DNA of 63,437 bases, counting the filler, from Licmophora abbreviata (lineage: Eukaryota): the NCBI GenBank assembly GCA_900291995.1. It is 14 parts of 14 records of this genome, joined end to end, with 100 filler letters (N's around TTAATTAATTAA, not from the genome) between each part and the next. Parts side by side here need not be neighbours in the genome. Positions count along the whole stretch, not along the records: positions 20,957 to 38,975 come from OLMU01001712.1; positions 39,076 to 46,099 come from OLMU01001713.1; 12 more parts are not named here. One strand, given 5' to 3'. The position numbers and the translations under genes were made by a program. Each line of letters opens with the position of its first letter. The first letter of the stretch is position 1. Positions 32,034 to 43,300 of this stretch are shown here, in pieces. The notes beneath the pieces are model-generated. The model saw only the letters and a program-made list of their open reading frames with translations. It made no database searches and was not told the origin of the DNA.

Positions 32034-34481
32034 ATGTCGCTTGCCAGAACGCGTCTGACTTATTCTAGGCTCTATTCGATTCGCTTCATCCAACCCCGCC
32101 TGATCTTCTGCTTCTCCTTGCTGTTGGCACGCCCTTGCCGATCCTTTCTACCCACCCGACAGTCAGCACTGCTCGCTACCGTCCCTCCACCATTCGACGC
32201 CCGCTCCATCATGTCTTCTTCTAAGACTCCAGAGACCGCAGTTCTTTCTACGATCATCGCTGCTGACGACCCGTACACGTGGCTCGAAGAAGTCGAGAGC
32301 AAGGAGTCGCTCGACTTTGCCAAGAGTGCCAACGACAAGTGCTTGGCGGCACTCGGCGACCCAACAAAGTCAGACTCCGACACTTACCATCGCGTGCTCG
32401 AAGTGCTGGAGAGTAATGATCGGATTCCGTATGCGACGAAATTTGGAGTCGATGAGGATGATACCGAACTGCTTTACAACTTTTGGAAAGATTCCAAGAA
32501 TCCCAAGGGGCTTTGGCGAAAGTGTACACTGCCGTCGTATTGTACCGATACCCCGGAGTGGACGACTGTGTTGAATGTGGATGAACTCGCCGAAAAGGAT
32601 GACATCTCGTGGGTCTGGAAGGGGTCGACCTTGTTGCCCAGGGCTCGGGATCCACTTTCGGGAGGCAAACGTGTGACGCGGGCCTTGTTGAATCTATCGC
32701 GGGGTGGGAGCGATGCGACGCATGTAAAGGAGTTTGACCTGCTGAGCGGAACCTTTGTGACAGAAGAGCCTTTCGTCTTGCCCGAAGCTAAGACAAGGGC
32801 CAGTTACAAGAGTCGAGATGTTCTGTTGGTAGGAAGTGACTTTGGACCGGACTCGCTGACTGATTCCGGGTATCCACGTACAGTGAGAGAGTGGGTGCGT
32901 GGCACCGACATCAAGGATGCGCCTGTAGTGTTTGAAGGAGACAAGAAGGATGTTTCCGTGTCGATGTATATTGACGATCAGCGTCATCACGGTGGGGGTA
33001 TCTACGAACGGCGAAGTCGCTCCATGACGTTCTACACATCCAAATACTGGGTGCGCAAGATCCAGCACGAGCACCTTCTGGCTCCCGACGATCCGGCTCG
33101 TCAGGGCGTAGAGGATCCAGGTGACTTTGTCGAGATTGATGTCCAAGAAGACGCCGATGTTGACTTTCAAGGGAGCATGATGTTCATTACACTCCGGTCC
33201 GACTGGGAACCGATTCCGGGAAAGATCTGCAAGCAAGGTTCCATCGTGTACGTCGACGCTGATACTTTCTTGACCAAAGGCAAGGAAGCCTGCGAGTACA
33301 CGGTCCTCTTTGAAGAAACAGAGCGCACGGCTTACGAGTACTACTCAGTCACGAAGAACTATCTCATTCTCTCCATCATGGACAACGTCAAGTCCAGACT
33401 CGAGTTTTACAAATTTGAGGACGGAGGGTCTTCGCTACGTCTCGTTGGTGGCGACAAGGAAGCGCTTATTGTCTCCAGTGGTGTTCGCGCTCTGGATGCG
33501 GTCGAGAGTGACAAGTTTTGGTTCACAACGAGTGGCTACACCGAACCAAGTACCTTGCATATGGCCGATGCGTCGCTCATCGAGTCGAGTGCCCCGGGGA
33601 AGGTTGAGCCATACGTCGAACAAGAACTCAAATCGCTACCGGAGCAGTACGATGCTTCGGGCATGGAGGTCACGCAGCGTTCTGCCATTAGCAAGGACGG
33701 AACGGAGATCCCGTACTTTCTTGTCACCAAGGGCGATGTCCAGATGAACGGCAAGACACCGACGTTGCTCTACGGATATGGAGGATTTGAAATATCCCTT
33801 GGGCCCCACTATGTCCCGACCTCGGGCATTGCTTGGCTGGAAAGAGGAGGCGCGTACATTGAAGCAAACATTCGCGGCGGAGGCGAATTTGGCCCCAAGT
33901 GGCACCAAGCTGCGCTGAAGGAAAATCGCAACAAAGCCTACGAGGACTTCATCGCCGTTGCTGAAGACCTCATCGCTAGCGGTCTGTGCAAGCCCGAAAC
34001 GCTGGCGATCCGTGGAGGGTCGAATGGTGGCTTGCTAATGGGAAACATGTATGTTATGCGTCCGGATCTATTTGGTGCCATTCACTGTGCCGTGCCACTG
34101 CTGGACATGAAGCGCTTCCATACACTTCTTGCGGGTGCTAGTTGGATGGCCGAGTACGGCGACCCCGACACAGACGAGTGGGACAAATTTCTCTACAAAT
34201 ACTCTCCGTACCACAACATTGACTCGAACGTGGAGAAGTATCCGCCTATGTTGGTAACCACCAGTACACGCGACGATCGGGTACACCCCGCACATGCACG
34301 CAAGATGGTCAAGAAACTGTGGGACATGGCGGGACCGGACAAGGACTGGCCCGTCTACTACTACGAAAATATCGAGGGTGGCCATGGTGGAGCTGCCGAC
34401 GCTAAACAGCAAGCCTTCATGACGTCTCTGGCCTACGATTTCATGTTCGAAACGCTCTCCAAGAATGCAGATAACCTGTAG
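32034..34481 (+). CDS. Prolyl oligopeptidase (peptidase S9A), intronless, with N-terminal targeting extension
   Basis: DDPYTWLEEV, SKDGTEIPYF, LLYGYGGFEISL, ANIRGGGEFGPKWH. Catalytic motifs GGSNGG, DDRVHP and GGHG. Confidence 0.95.
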   Translation: MSLARTRLTYSRLYSIRFIQPRLIFCFSLLLARPCRSFLPTRQSALLATVPPPFDARSIMSSSKTPETAVLSTIIAADDPYTWLEEVESKESLDFAKSANDKCLAALGDPTKSDSDTYHRVLEVLESNDRIPYATKFGVDEDDTELLYNFWKDSKNPKGLWRKCTLPSYCTDTPEWTTVLNVDELAEKDDISWVWKGSTLLPRARDPLSGGKRVTRALLNLSRGGSDATHVKEFDLLSGTFVTEEPFVLPEAKTRASYKSRDVLLVGSDFGPDSLTDSGYPRTVREWVRGTDIKDAPVVFEGDKKDVSVSMYIDDQRHHGGGIYERRSRSMTFYTSKYWVRKIQHEHLLAPDDPARQGVEDPGDFVEIDVQEDADVDFQGSMMFITLRSDWEPIPGKICKQGSIVYVDADTFLTKGKEACEYTVLFEETERTAYEYYSVTKNYLILSIMDNVKSRLEFYKFEDGGSSLRLVGGDKEALIVSSGVRALDAVESDKFWFTTSGYTEPSTLHMADASLIESSAPGKVEPYVEQELKSLPEQYDASGMEVTQRSAISKDGTEIPYFLVTKGDVQMNGKTPTLLYGYGGFEISLGPHYVPTSGIAWLERGGAYIEANIRGGGEFGPKWHQAALKENRNKAYEDFIAVAEDLIASGLCKPETLAIRGGSNGGLLMGNMYVMRPDLFGAIHCAVPLLDMKRFHTLLAGASWMAEYGDPDTDEWDKFLYKYSPYHNIDSNVEKYPPMLVTTSTRDDRVHPAHARKMVKKLWDMAGPDKDWPVYYYENIEGGHGGAADAKQQAFMTSLAYDFMFETLSKNADNL

Positions 34482-34542
34482 AACCTAGCGTCTTCCCCTT
34501 TTGAAGATTACTATCATAAGTAGTCAAGTCGACTCCCATTAA

Positions 34543-35808
34543 TCAAAACTCAGTGTCGTGTGACTCACTTCCCGTGGGTGATTTAATTCCATCATTCAGA
34601 CTGTAGCCAAGCTTGACGGTGAGCGCCTTGAGCTGTTCTTCCAAAGAAGTGTCACCCTCCGATTTCTGACTTCCGTGTTGACCACCTCTCAGATCGTCCC
34701 ATGTAAGAGTCACTCGCCCCTTGTTGACGTTTGTGCGTCTATTGGACACCATAACTTTCTGTGCGGATTCGGAACCTTCAGTAATGTCGCACATTTTAGT
34801 AATGCGGTCGAAATTGGGAGCGTAGACCGTCGTGTTCTTATCCATCAGGCCGGCCATTCGAGCGATATCACATGGACTCGATTCCTCAACCTTGTACATT
34901 CCATCTAGCAAACCCGCCTCTCCCGCGTCGAGGAGGATCGTATTGTAGTCGACCACGTATTGAGCAGCTGACTCGATACACGACAAACTGTCCCATTCAC
35001 GTTCAGGAAGGAGCGCCGACATGTATTTGGAAAACGATGGCTGCACGGTTCCATTTATCCCACCTTTGCAAAATTTCACGACCAGACTTGCAGTCGTAAG
35101 GAGCGGGTGGCGAATCTGATGGAGTGTCGATGCAAACGGCGTTTCGCATGTTTGATCAAAGCCACACCCCCATTCGTTCACTAGCACCGAATAGCACTCT
35201 TTCGCCCAACATTTCGACCACTTCTTGAACGTGGAGCATTTGGGCGACGCTCGGTACATACGGGGATGAAAACCCATATTTGCAGTGTGGTTGGTGCAGA
35301 TCTTTCCAAGCGCAAGGAATTTGGTCCTCTTGTCCTCGGGTGGTTGCAAGTAGCGAATGAAATGAAACCATGAGACCGTTCCATCGCGCGTAAAGTCTGT
35401 TTCTGTATTACTGATTTCGTGTGCGATTTCCAGCTTCAGGTGATCGTGTAAGTCCGCTGTCGTCTGGCTAGTACCACTGCTCATACTGCCGAGAATCAAG
35501 AGCTGCCGTTCGTCCGTCATCGTTACGGCCGGGCGCAGGTTCACTGCCCCGAAACTGGCCGTGGCGAGCAGATCTGGGCGTTTCAAGACCAAAAAGAAGA
35601 AGGATTTGTATAGCGCGAGGAAGACTAAGAAGAACGGAAGGACCCTGACCAACGGATGTTGCGAAAACACCTGCCACGGCGTTTCTTCATCTTTGACAGG
35701 CTTGGGCTCTAACTTCGCCTCAGGCTTGGGAGCTTTCGTTGAGGAATCGAAGGAGATCTTCTTTTTGCCCTTATCCTTCTTCTTACCACGATTTTGGGGC
35801 TCTGCCAT
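34543..35808 (-). CDS. Type II membrane sulfotransferase-like (P-loop) protein
   Basis: Basic cytosolic N-terminus followed by a TM. LLILGSMSSGT (5'-PSB-like) and LHQIRHPLLTTASL (3'-PB-like). Cys-rich lumenal domain. Confidence 0.6.
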   Translation of the reverse strand: MAEPQNRGKKKDKGKKKISFDSSTKAPKPEAKLEPKPVKDEETPWQVFSQHPLVRVLPFFLVFLALYKSFFFLVLKRPDLLATASFGAVNLRPAVTMTDERQLLILGSMSSGTSQTTADLHDHLKLEIAHEISNTETDFTRDGTVSWFHFIRYLQPPEDKRTKFLALGKICTNHTANMGFHPRMYRASPKCSTFKKWSKCWAKECYSVLVNEWGCGFDQTCETPFASTLHQIRHPLLTTASLVVKFCKGGINGTVQPSFSKYMSALLPEREWDSLSCIESAAQYVVDYNTILLDAGEAGLLDGMYKVEESSPCDIARMAGLMDKNTTVYAPNFDRITKMCDITEGSESAQKVMVSNRRTNVNKGRVTLTWDDLRGGQHGSQKSEGDTSLEEQLKALTVKLGYSLNDGIKSPTGSESHDTEF

Positions 35809-36211
35809 GATGAAGCGGCGTCGTTAATCGAGGATTACTGGGGGGAGAGCTAGGAGACGAAGTACGAGGTGATGGTGCTGTCTTCTACACAGATACGATG
35901 AACACCATGAAGTACGCGGCGGCGCTTTTCTCTCTCGTCGTCTCTCTTTGTCGGCGGGTCGCGCGCGTCGTCACTGCAGCGGCTGGTCGAAGTAGTCAAA
36001 ATGAATTTGTACCTTTTCTTCCAGCCGTTTGTTCACTACGAAGCACGTAGACCCCTTTTATATTAAAGGCGTCATTCTTCTACTGCTATGGCGCACGGGC
36101 TTGTCTTGTAAGCAGTGGCGCACTGACCTCGCACCCTCCTCATGGAAGCTGACAAGAGTTGACTGTGGCGTTGTTGCTCCCGTATCACTGCTAGTGTGTA
36201 CTAATACTTAG

Positions 36212-37057
36212 CTAGTCAATTCCCATATCTTTGAATTTCCGTAGAAGTGGGTCTTCATCAGCCAGCGTGAACTGAGATGAAGTCTCCTGCAGAGCCTTAG
36301 CGCCGACAGTCCGTCTGAGAAGAGACTCGATTTCCATGGCTCGTTCTTCCAGCACCTGCACGTTCTTTTCCATGGTCTCGAGTCGCGCCTTCTCGTCAGA
36401 GCAAGAGAGCAGAACCTTCTTCAGTTTATCTTGCCTCGACTTTCGATCAAACAGATATTGTTTCGCTGCCTCGTCCTCGCTGTCCCGCACGGCAGTTTGT
36501 GCCTTTTCGTACAACTCGTCGACCTCGTTGCTCAATCGCTTGGCAAATGACTGTTGTGTCTGTAGACTTTCTCGTGTCGCCCGGAGTCCCTCAAAACCCC
36601 TTTCCAATGCCGCTCCCGCTTCTTTCATCATCTCCAGCATTTCCGGGGTCACACCAAGTCGTTGCATTTCCTCTTGCTTGGCACGATCGACGGCTCTGGA
36701 GGCCCCGACATTGGCACCAATTTGGGCACCAAACATTAGACCAAACGGCCCTCCCAACAGTCCACCTAAAATAGCACCAGCTGCCATTTCTCCTCCACCT
36801 TGCTTGGCATTGCGACGACTCTTCTCATCCAAATCTCGATCGAACCGATCTCCCATGTATCTTTGTATGAGACTAGCATCATCTGTCGTCCACGTGGCAA
36901 TGTAATTCTGGCGGGAGTGTGGGTGGAATGCTGATCTCGCTGATGGCACTGTATGAACGAACGCCGTCGCCTTAATCCATCGATGAGTGGTGCATGTCAC
37001 TGTGAATATAAAGAAGACTGCCAGTGATGCAGTCGGTATACGGCAAAGAGATCCCAT
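36212..37057 (-). CDS. Plastid-targeted glycine-zipper plus PspA/IM30(VIPP1)-like coiled-coil protein
   Basis: Signal peptide ending ATA-F. Gly zipper GAILGGLLGGPFGLMFGAQIGANVG. PspA-like LYEKAQTAVRDSEDEAAKQYLFDRK and C-terminal EDPLLRKFKDM. Confidence 0.65.
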   Translation of the reverse strand: MGSLCRIPTASLAVFFIFTVTCTTHRWIKATAFVHTVPSARSAFHPHSRQNYIATWTTDDASLIQRYMGDRFDRDLDEKSRRNAKQGGGEMAAGAILGGLLGGPFGLMFGAQIGANVGASRAVDRAKQEEMQRLGVTPEMLEMMKEAGAALERGFEGLRATRESLQTQQSFAKRLSNEVDELYEKAQTAVRDSEDEAAKQYLFDRKSRQDKLKKVLLSCSDEKARLETMEKNVQVLEERAMEIESLLRRTVGAKALQETSSQFTLADEDPLLRKFKDMGID

Positions 37058-37359
37058 GGTGACACCATGAAATACCTCGATGTTCAATATTGAGGACTGA
37101 GACTGACTCTTTTCTTCGTTCGTCTTTCACCTTTCCCGCGCAAACTTCTTGATGTGACGTCATTGCAAAATTATCAGAAACCCGGAGAAAGCCGGCCTAC
37201 CTCGCGCCCACTTTTGGAGCTGGCGCACTACATTGAACATCGTCGTCATCATCGGCCGACCTCAACAAAATGATCACAAAAGCGTACCTTTGCTGGTGTT
37301 AGGAACAACTTTCTTATTCTTGGTGCAGCATTCTTTCTTACAAACATATCACGCCCTCC

Positions 37360-40300
37360 ATGGCGACGCCCTATAAGACGCCTCGGAGGGGTCAGGGAAA
37401 GGAAAACATGTTTCGTCAGGGTGGATCGGGAGGAAAAGTGAAGGCCGTCGATTTGGTGAGTTGGTTGGATGGAGCGAAATTTGTAATTTGCGTGTAGACT
37501 TTGTACTGAGTCGTACGGCAGATTTGAACCGGAGCAACTTGACACACTGCCACCAAGGGTATCCAAGTCATTTGCTAGCCATCCACGTCCCGATTGTCGC
37601 TTAATTTGACCAAATTACAATATTCACTATACTGACGTATTAACCATGTATCGTTTGTTGTGTCTCCGTCCTAATTCAAGGTCACTGGGAAAGCCAAAGT
37701 GGAGTACTTCTTTGATCCGTCACTCGTGCTTCAAGACCGTGGGTCCGACACACCGTACAAGGGAGGCGCCCCTGCTACCCCAGCCACCCCATTTCGCCGG
37801 GAACTATCGACCAACAGTGACGGAAGCAATGATCCTTTGGAATTTTCGTCGAAACATTTGTTCTTGCCCTGTACCATTATCAAGCCTCTCGACGAAACTG
37901 GTAATACGGATGCTGTGCCAGGCGGCCCAGTAGCTGGACCTACTTTGGTCAAGACCTCGGATGGAACACTCCACAAGATTCGGGATAGTACCTTGCTGAT
38001 CCCAGTCACGTCCCCTGACGATTATATGGGAATCGAAGACGTGTTACATCTACCGAATGGTGAGAATGACAAGGACGTGGGAGTGGTGATACTACGGAAG
38101 CAATTGTATCGTCGCTGACATGCCAAATCTTTCTAATTGTTTAGTTACAGAAGCGTCTCTGGTCAACACACTCCGACTGAGGTATCGTCGTGATGACATT
38201 TACACGAGCGCCGGTCCCATCTTGTTGTCCATCAATCCATACAGGACCATTTCCTTCCCAAATGGCGAATCGCTCTATTCGGAAACGCACATGATGCAAT
38301 ATCGCAACAAAGCCGATTATGACGAGGAACTGCCCCCTCACTTGTTTCAAGTTGCAGATCGTGCCTACTCGGCGCTCATGTCATCCATCGAGCCTGTCGA
38401 TTTGCCCCAAGAGGAAGATGCGGCATTGGCATTGGAGCATCACGTTCCTCCAGGGACTGTGCGAAACCAAAGCATCATTATCAGTGGCGAGAGCGGCGCA
38501 GGGAAGACGGAGGCGACCAAATACATTATGCAGTACTTGGCGCGAATTACCAAGAAGCCAAGTGCAACCGAGTCCATCATGAGTCCCGATGGAAGGCTCA
38601 TTGCTGCATTGGAAGATCGTGTCTTGTCGTCCAATCCGTTGTTGGAGACATTCGGAAATGCCAGGACTTTGCGGAACGACAACTCGAGTCGTTTTGGAAA
38701 GTTTATTCACATTTACTTCAGCACTGGGACCGGGACCATCACAGGTGCTTCGATTTCGAACTATCTGTTGGAGAAGACTCGCATTACACACCAGATTGAT
38801 GGTGAGCGGAACTATCACATCTTCTACCAACTCTTGGCGGGCGGCCAAGACGAGCTGCTCGATTCTCTCGGATTGACAGATGGAACGTCGGGCTTTCAAT
38901 ATCTCATGAATCGGGATGCATCCAAAAGTCGTCGCGACACGAACGGCTTTGCCGAGACGAAGGAGTGTCTCTCTCNNNNNNNNNNNNNNNNNNNNNNNNN
39001 NNNNNNNNNNNNNNNNNNNTTAATTAATTAANNNNNNNNNNNNNNNNNNNNNNNNNNNNNNNNNNNNNNNNNNNNCTTTGCCGAGACGAAGGAGTGTCTC
39101 TCTCGTATCGGTCTTGATGAGGAGGACCAGCAGACTGTCTTTCGCATTGTTGCCGCCGTACTGCATCTCGGCAACATCAAGTATGAAGAAAAGGGGGATA
39201 CGGACGAGGGAGAGTCCGAGAATGCAAGTTTATCAGAAGACTCGCGTGCAAGTCTAAGCAAAGCTTGTAAGCTGTTGGGATTGGACGAAGGGAAGGTGTT
39301 GGAAGCAATGCTAACAAAGCTCTTGACAATCGGAGGGAAGACGATCCACAAAGCACAGAATGTACCACAAGCTGAGGACAAGCGTGATGCGTTCGCCAAA
39401 CTGACATACTCTTGCTTGTTCTTGTGGCTAGTGAAGCGTGTCAACGAAACGCTCAAATCGCAAGAAGTCATGGACGACGACTCCGCAGACGGAAACTTCG
39501 CTCTAGCGACCGCGGGCGAAAACGAAACCGGGTTCATTGGAGTTTTGGATATCTACGGCTTTGAAGTGTTCGAGACGAATGGCTACGAACAGCTTCTGAT
39601 CAACTACTGCAATGAAAAGTTGCAACGCCACTTCAACCGTCACCTTTTTGAGGTGGAGCAGGATCTGTACGCATCCGAAGGCGTGGATTGGACGTACATT
39701 ACGTTCAACGACAACCGTCCGTGCCTGGAGCTTATCGAAGGCGTTGCGAGCTCTGTCGGTATTCTCAATACGCTTGATGACGCATGGGGTGGTATGGGAA
39801 CTGCTTCAGAAAAAGATGTAAAGTTTGTGAGTCACCTTCACAGCATCTTTGGCGGCAGTACTCCAAAATCATCCAAGAAGGCCGCGCCTGACGACAACAA
39901 AGGGCACAAGCATTATGTCATGCCAAAGTTTGGCAATGATCGGCAATTCATTATTGTTCATTACGCCGGAGATGTAAGTTGAGCGTGATCTCTTTTTTTT
40001 TCATCTCTAGACGAGTCTCTCATCTTCTCCACACGATTCGATTCCCTCTTTCTTCAGGTGCGCTACACGGCCAACGGGTTCGTCGAGAAGAACATGGAGT
40101 CACTGAGTAATGAGCTGAAGGATATTGGCGCTGAGTCGTCCATCTCACTCACGCAGAAAATATTCTCCTGTGGGTCGCGAGAAGAGGATACATCGACCGT
40201 CGCAGCGTCGCGGAGATCCTCCATCCGAGGAGTCAGCGTGGCCTCTCAGTTTCGATCGTCGTTGCAGTCTTTGGTCGAGGATCTCGAGTGTACTCAACCC

Positions 40301-43300
40301 CATTACATTCGATGTATCAAGCCTAACTTGGCCAAGGCGCCAAACTCGCTTAACTCAGGGGAAGTGCTTCGGCAACTTCGCTATTCAGGAATGATGGAAG
40401 CCATTCGGATTCGTCGCGAGGGATACGCTCTCCGCGAAGATCACGAAAGTTTTTACAACCGTTTCTCCGTTCTTCTCGACCGCGAGGATTTTGGTGAAGA
40501 GGCCGGTATTGAGCAACTCGTGTCTTCACTGTCCAAGCGACTAAACGTAACGGACGCTGATTGGCAGATCGGTCATTCCAAGATATTCCTTCGGAGGGAG
40601 CTTGCCGACAAACTGGAACGGCTTGCTAAGCTCAAGGTGCATGTTGCCGCGCGTACTGTCAGCAGGTTTGGTAGATTTGTTGCCGAAAGAAGAGCAGCGG
40701 GAGTTCTGGCCGTCTGGGGCCGATTTCGTCTTCATATGCTCGAAATATACAGGCGCCGTCGAGCGGCAACGAAGATTATCGCTTCTTTTCGACGACATCA
40801 ACAGGCAACACGGTTTTCTACAATGCGTTCGGTGGCGGTCTTCCTCCAGTCACATCAGCGACGCAAGACCGCCCGGAAGCATGTGGACAAAATCCGCAAT
40901 CCGTACGGCGACATGTCTTACAAGGAAATGAAGCGTCTCTTCAAATTAGAACAGGCCCGATTGGATGAAGCAGTCAGCAAGAGTGACTTTAATGCTGCAT
41001 CTGAAATCGGCTTTCTATTGGCAACAATGGAGGAAGTGATTCAATCAAAGAAACCCTTTACTCGTTCGATGCTTGAATCAGAAATATCTAAAGTCCAGGA
41101 CTCTCTCGACGACGCTCTTGCTCGCAAAGCGTATCCGGAGTGCGGACCTCTTCAACAGCAGCTTGAAGAGATGAAAGGAAGACGTGCTGAGTTGCCAACG
41201 ATGGATGAGCTTAAGGAAGACGTCGCTACGGCAGAGGCAGAAGTTGCTGCTGCAGCTAGTAGCCGAGACTTTTCTTCTGCGGCATCAGGTCAAGCGCGTG
41301 TTGAAAAAGCGAAAAAGAAGCTCAACGAAGCAATCGAGGCAGAAGCTGGCGAAATAGAGAGCGACGACGAAGAGGGTCGCGCAACGGAGGAAAAAGCAAG
41401 CAATCACGGCTTTGAGTCACGAACCGATCTCGAGCGAGCAATCGTCGACCTTACCCAGAAGATAAAGACGGCGATCGATTCGAAGGACTTCCAAACCGCA
41501 ACTTCGCTTCAGATCACTCTCGAGGGCCGAGAGCGACTGCGACCTTTTTTCCCGACCGTGCAAGAACTCAATGCTCAGGTACTACAGGCCAGGGACAAGC
41601 TTGAAAAATCGCTCTCAAAGAAGGACTTCATCAAAGCTGGTGAGCTTGATGAGCAAGTGGCCGCTCTGGAAGCGAAGCTTGCAGCGGAAGTCGAGCGGTC
41701 TAGGAAAAGAGGAAATCTCGACAGCGAATGAACTGACAGGAAGCCGCGCCGCCATCACAGAATCGGATGGAACGGACGTATTCTTTGAGTCTAGGTTTGA
41801 TCTGGAATCTGAAATCTCTGTCTCAACGAAGAAGGTGGACGCAGCGGTCGCTGCCAAAGAGTTCAAGAACGCCGAGGCCTTGCAGGTGAGGCTTGATGAG
41901 CTCGAGAAGTTAAGATTGTTGTTGCCGTCCGTTACAGAGCTTGAATCTGATATTCGAGACAAGAAGACGGCGATGGATAAGGCCATACGCGAAAAGAAGT
42001 TCGCCACTGCCGAAGACATCAATGGCGAACTAGAAAGACTTCAACAGAAACTTCAGGGTGAGCGAAGCAGGGTCGAGAGCCGTGTTTCAATCAAAGGAAG
42101 GGACGGCGATGTTGATTCGGTTCGTTCAACCCCTTCAGTCCGCCCAAGAATGCCTGTCGTTGCCAAGGCGACGAGCGTGTCAGAGGGAATACAGCCGCGA
42201 CGTCCTGTCACGAGGCCACTTTCTCAAATCAGTGCTCAAAGTAGGAACGACGATATGTCGGATGTGAGCTCCTCAAACAGTCTGAACAGAGGCTTTGCCC
42301 CTGTGTCCAGAACGAAAGTGCAGCAACTGAACTCACTTGAAGAGTCAATTGTAGAGCGACCAGTATCTAAATTGCGCCCCAAGAAGCCCCTTCTGTCCTC
42401 TCCCGATGACAGTGTTGTGTCAATAACAAGGCTTCTCGCGAACAAGAGAGGTGACGCTGCACTCGTAGTCAGTACCGATGGTGGGCTTGCCGGTATCATA
42501 ACCGACACGGATATCACACGGCGCGTCGTTGCCAAGAATATTGATCCGGCGACGACCAGAGTTTCATGTGTGATGACCCCCGATCCCACGTGCGTATCCA
42601 TGTCTGATTCGGCTATGGATGCCCTTCAAACGATGGTCGAGAATCATTTTCGCCATCTTCCAGTTGTGAACGACGAAGGAAGAATCGTTGGTTTGTTAGA
42701 TATCGCCAAGTGTCTCAACGATGCAATCTCCAAGCTGGAAACAAGAAATGAGAAGACCGGTACGACGGCCGAAGCGGCCCTTCTACAAGCCGCCGGCATG
42801 CAAGGGGCAGGTAGCGCTCAGGCGGCCGCCTTGCAAGCTCTGCTTGGACCTCTGATGGCACAAGCGTTCGGCGATCAGAAGTCTCCGACACTACGTAGCC
42901 TGCTTGCTGGGAAACCCGCGACAATTGTGCAGCCAGAAACGACTCTCCGTGACGCTGGTATTGTGATGGCGGAGCGCAGAAAGGCCGCGCTTGTTGTAAA
43001 TGACGGCTCTTTGGTAGGCATTTTCGGATTTAAGGATATGATGAGCCGCGCAGTTGCCAAGGAGCTTCCCCTGGACCACACGTTTGTGAATGCCGTGATG
43101 ACCGCCGATCCTGAGTGCGTCTCTCCAGATATCACCGTTCTGGAGGCATTGCAGATAATGCACGACAACGAATTTCTGACTCTGCCCGTCTGCGAGTCGG
43201 ATGGCCGCGTCGTTGGTCTCGTGGATGTCATGGATGTGATATACGGCTGTGGCGGCGCTGACGGCTGGCGCTCTGTGTTCAGTAGCGTGATGCAGATTGA

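Noticed and set aside
25599..34481. Bacterial contamination or a true operon
   Set aside because: Spliceosomal introns in amiE and the M20D gene, mixed strands, eukaryotic targeting peptides, and contiguity with eukaryotic genes on the same contig.
41695..41731. Programmed -1 ribosomal frameshifting shared by several genes
   Set aside because: No canonical X XXY YYZ slippery site or obvious downstream structure. The shifts differ in direction and sit in short homopolymers, which is typical of sequencing error.
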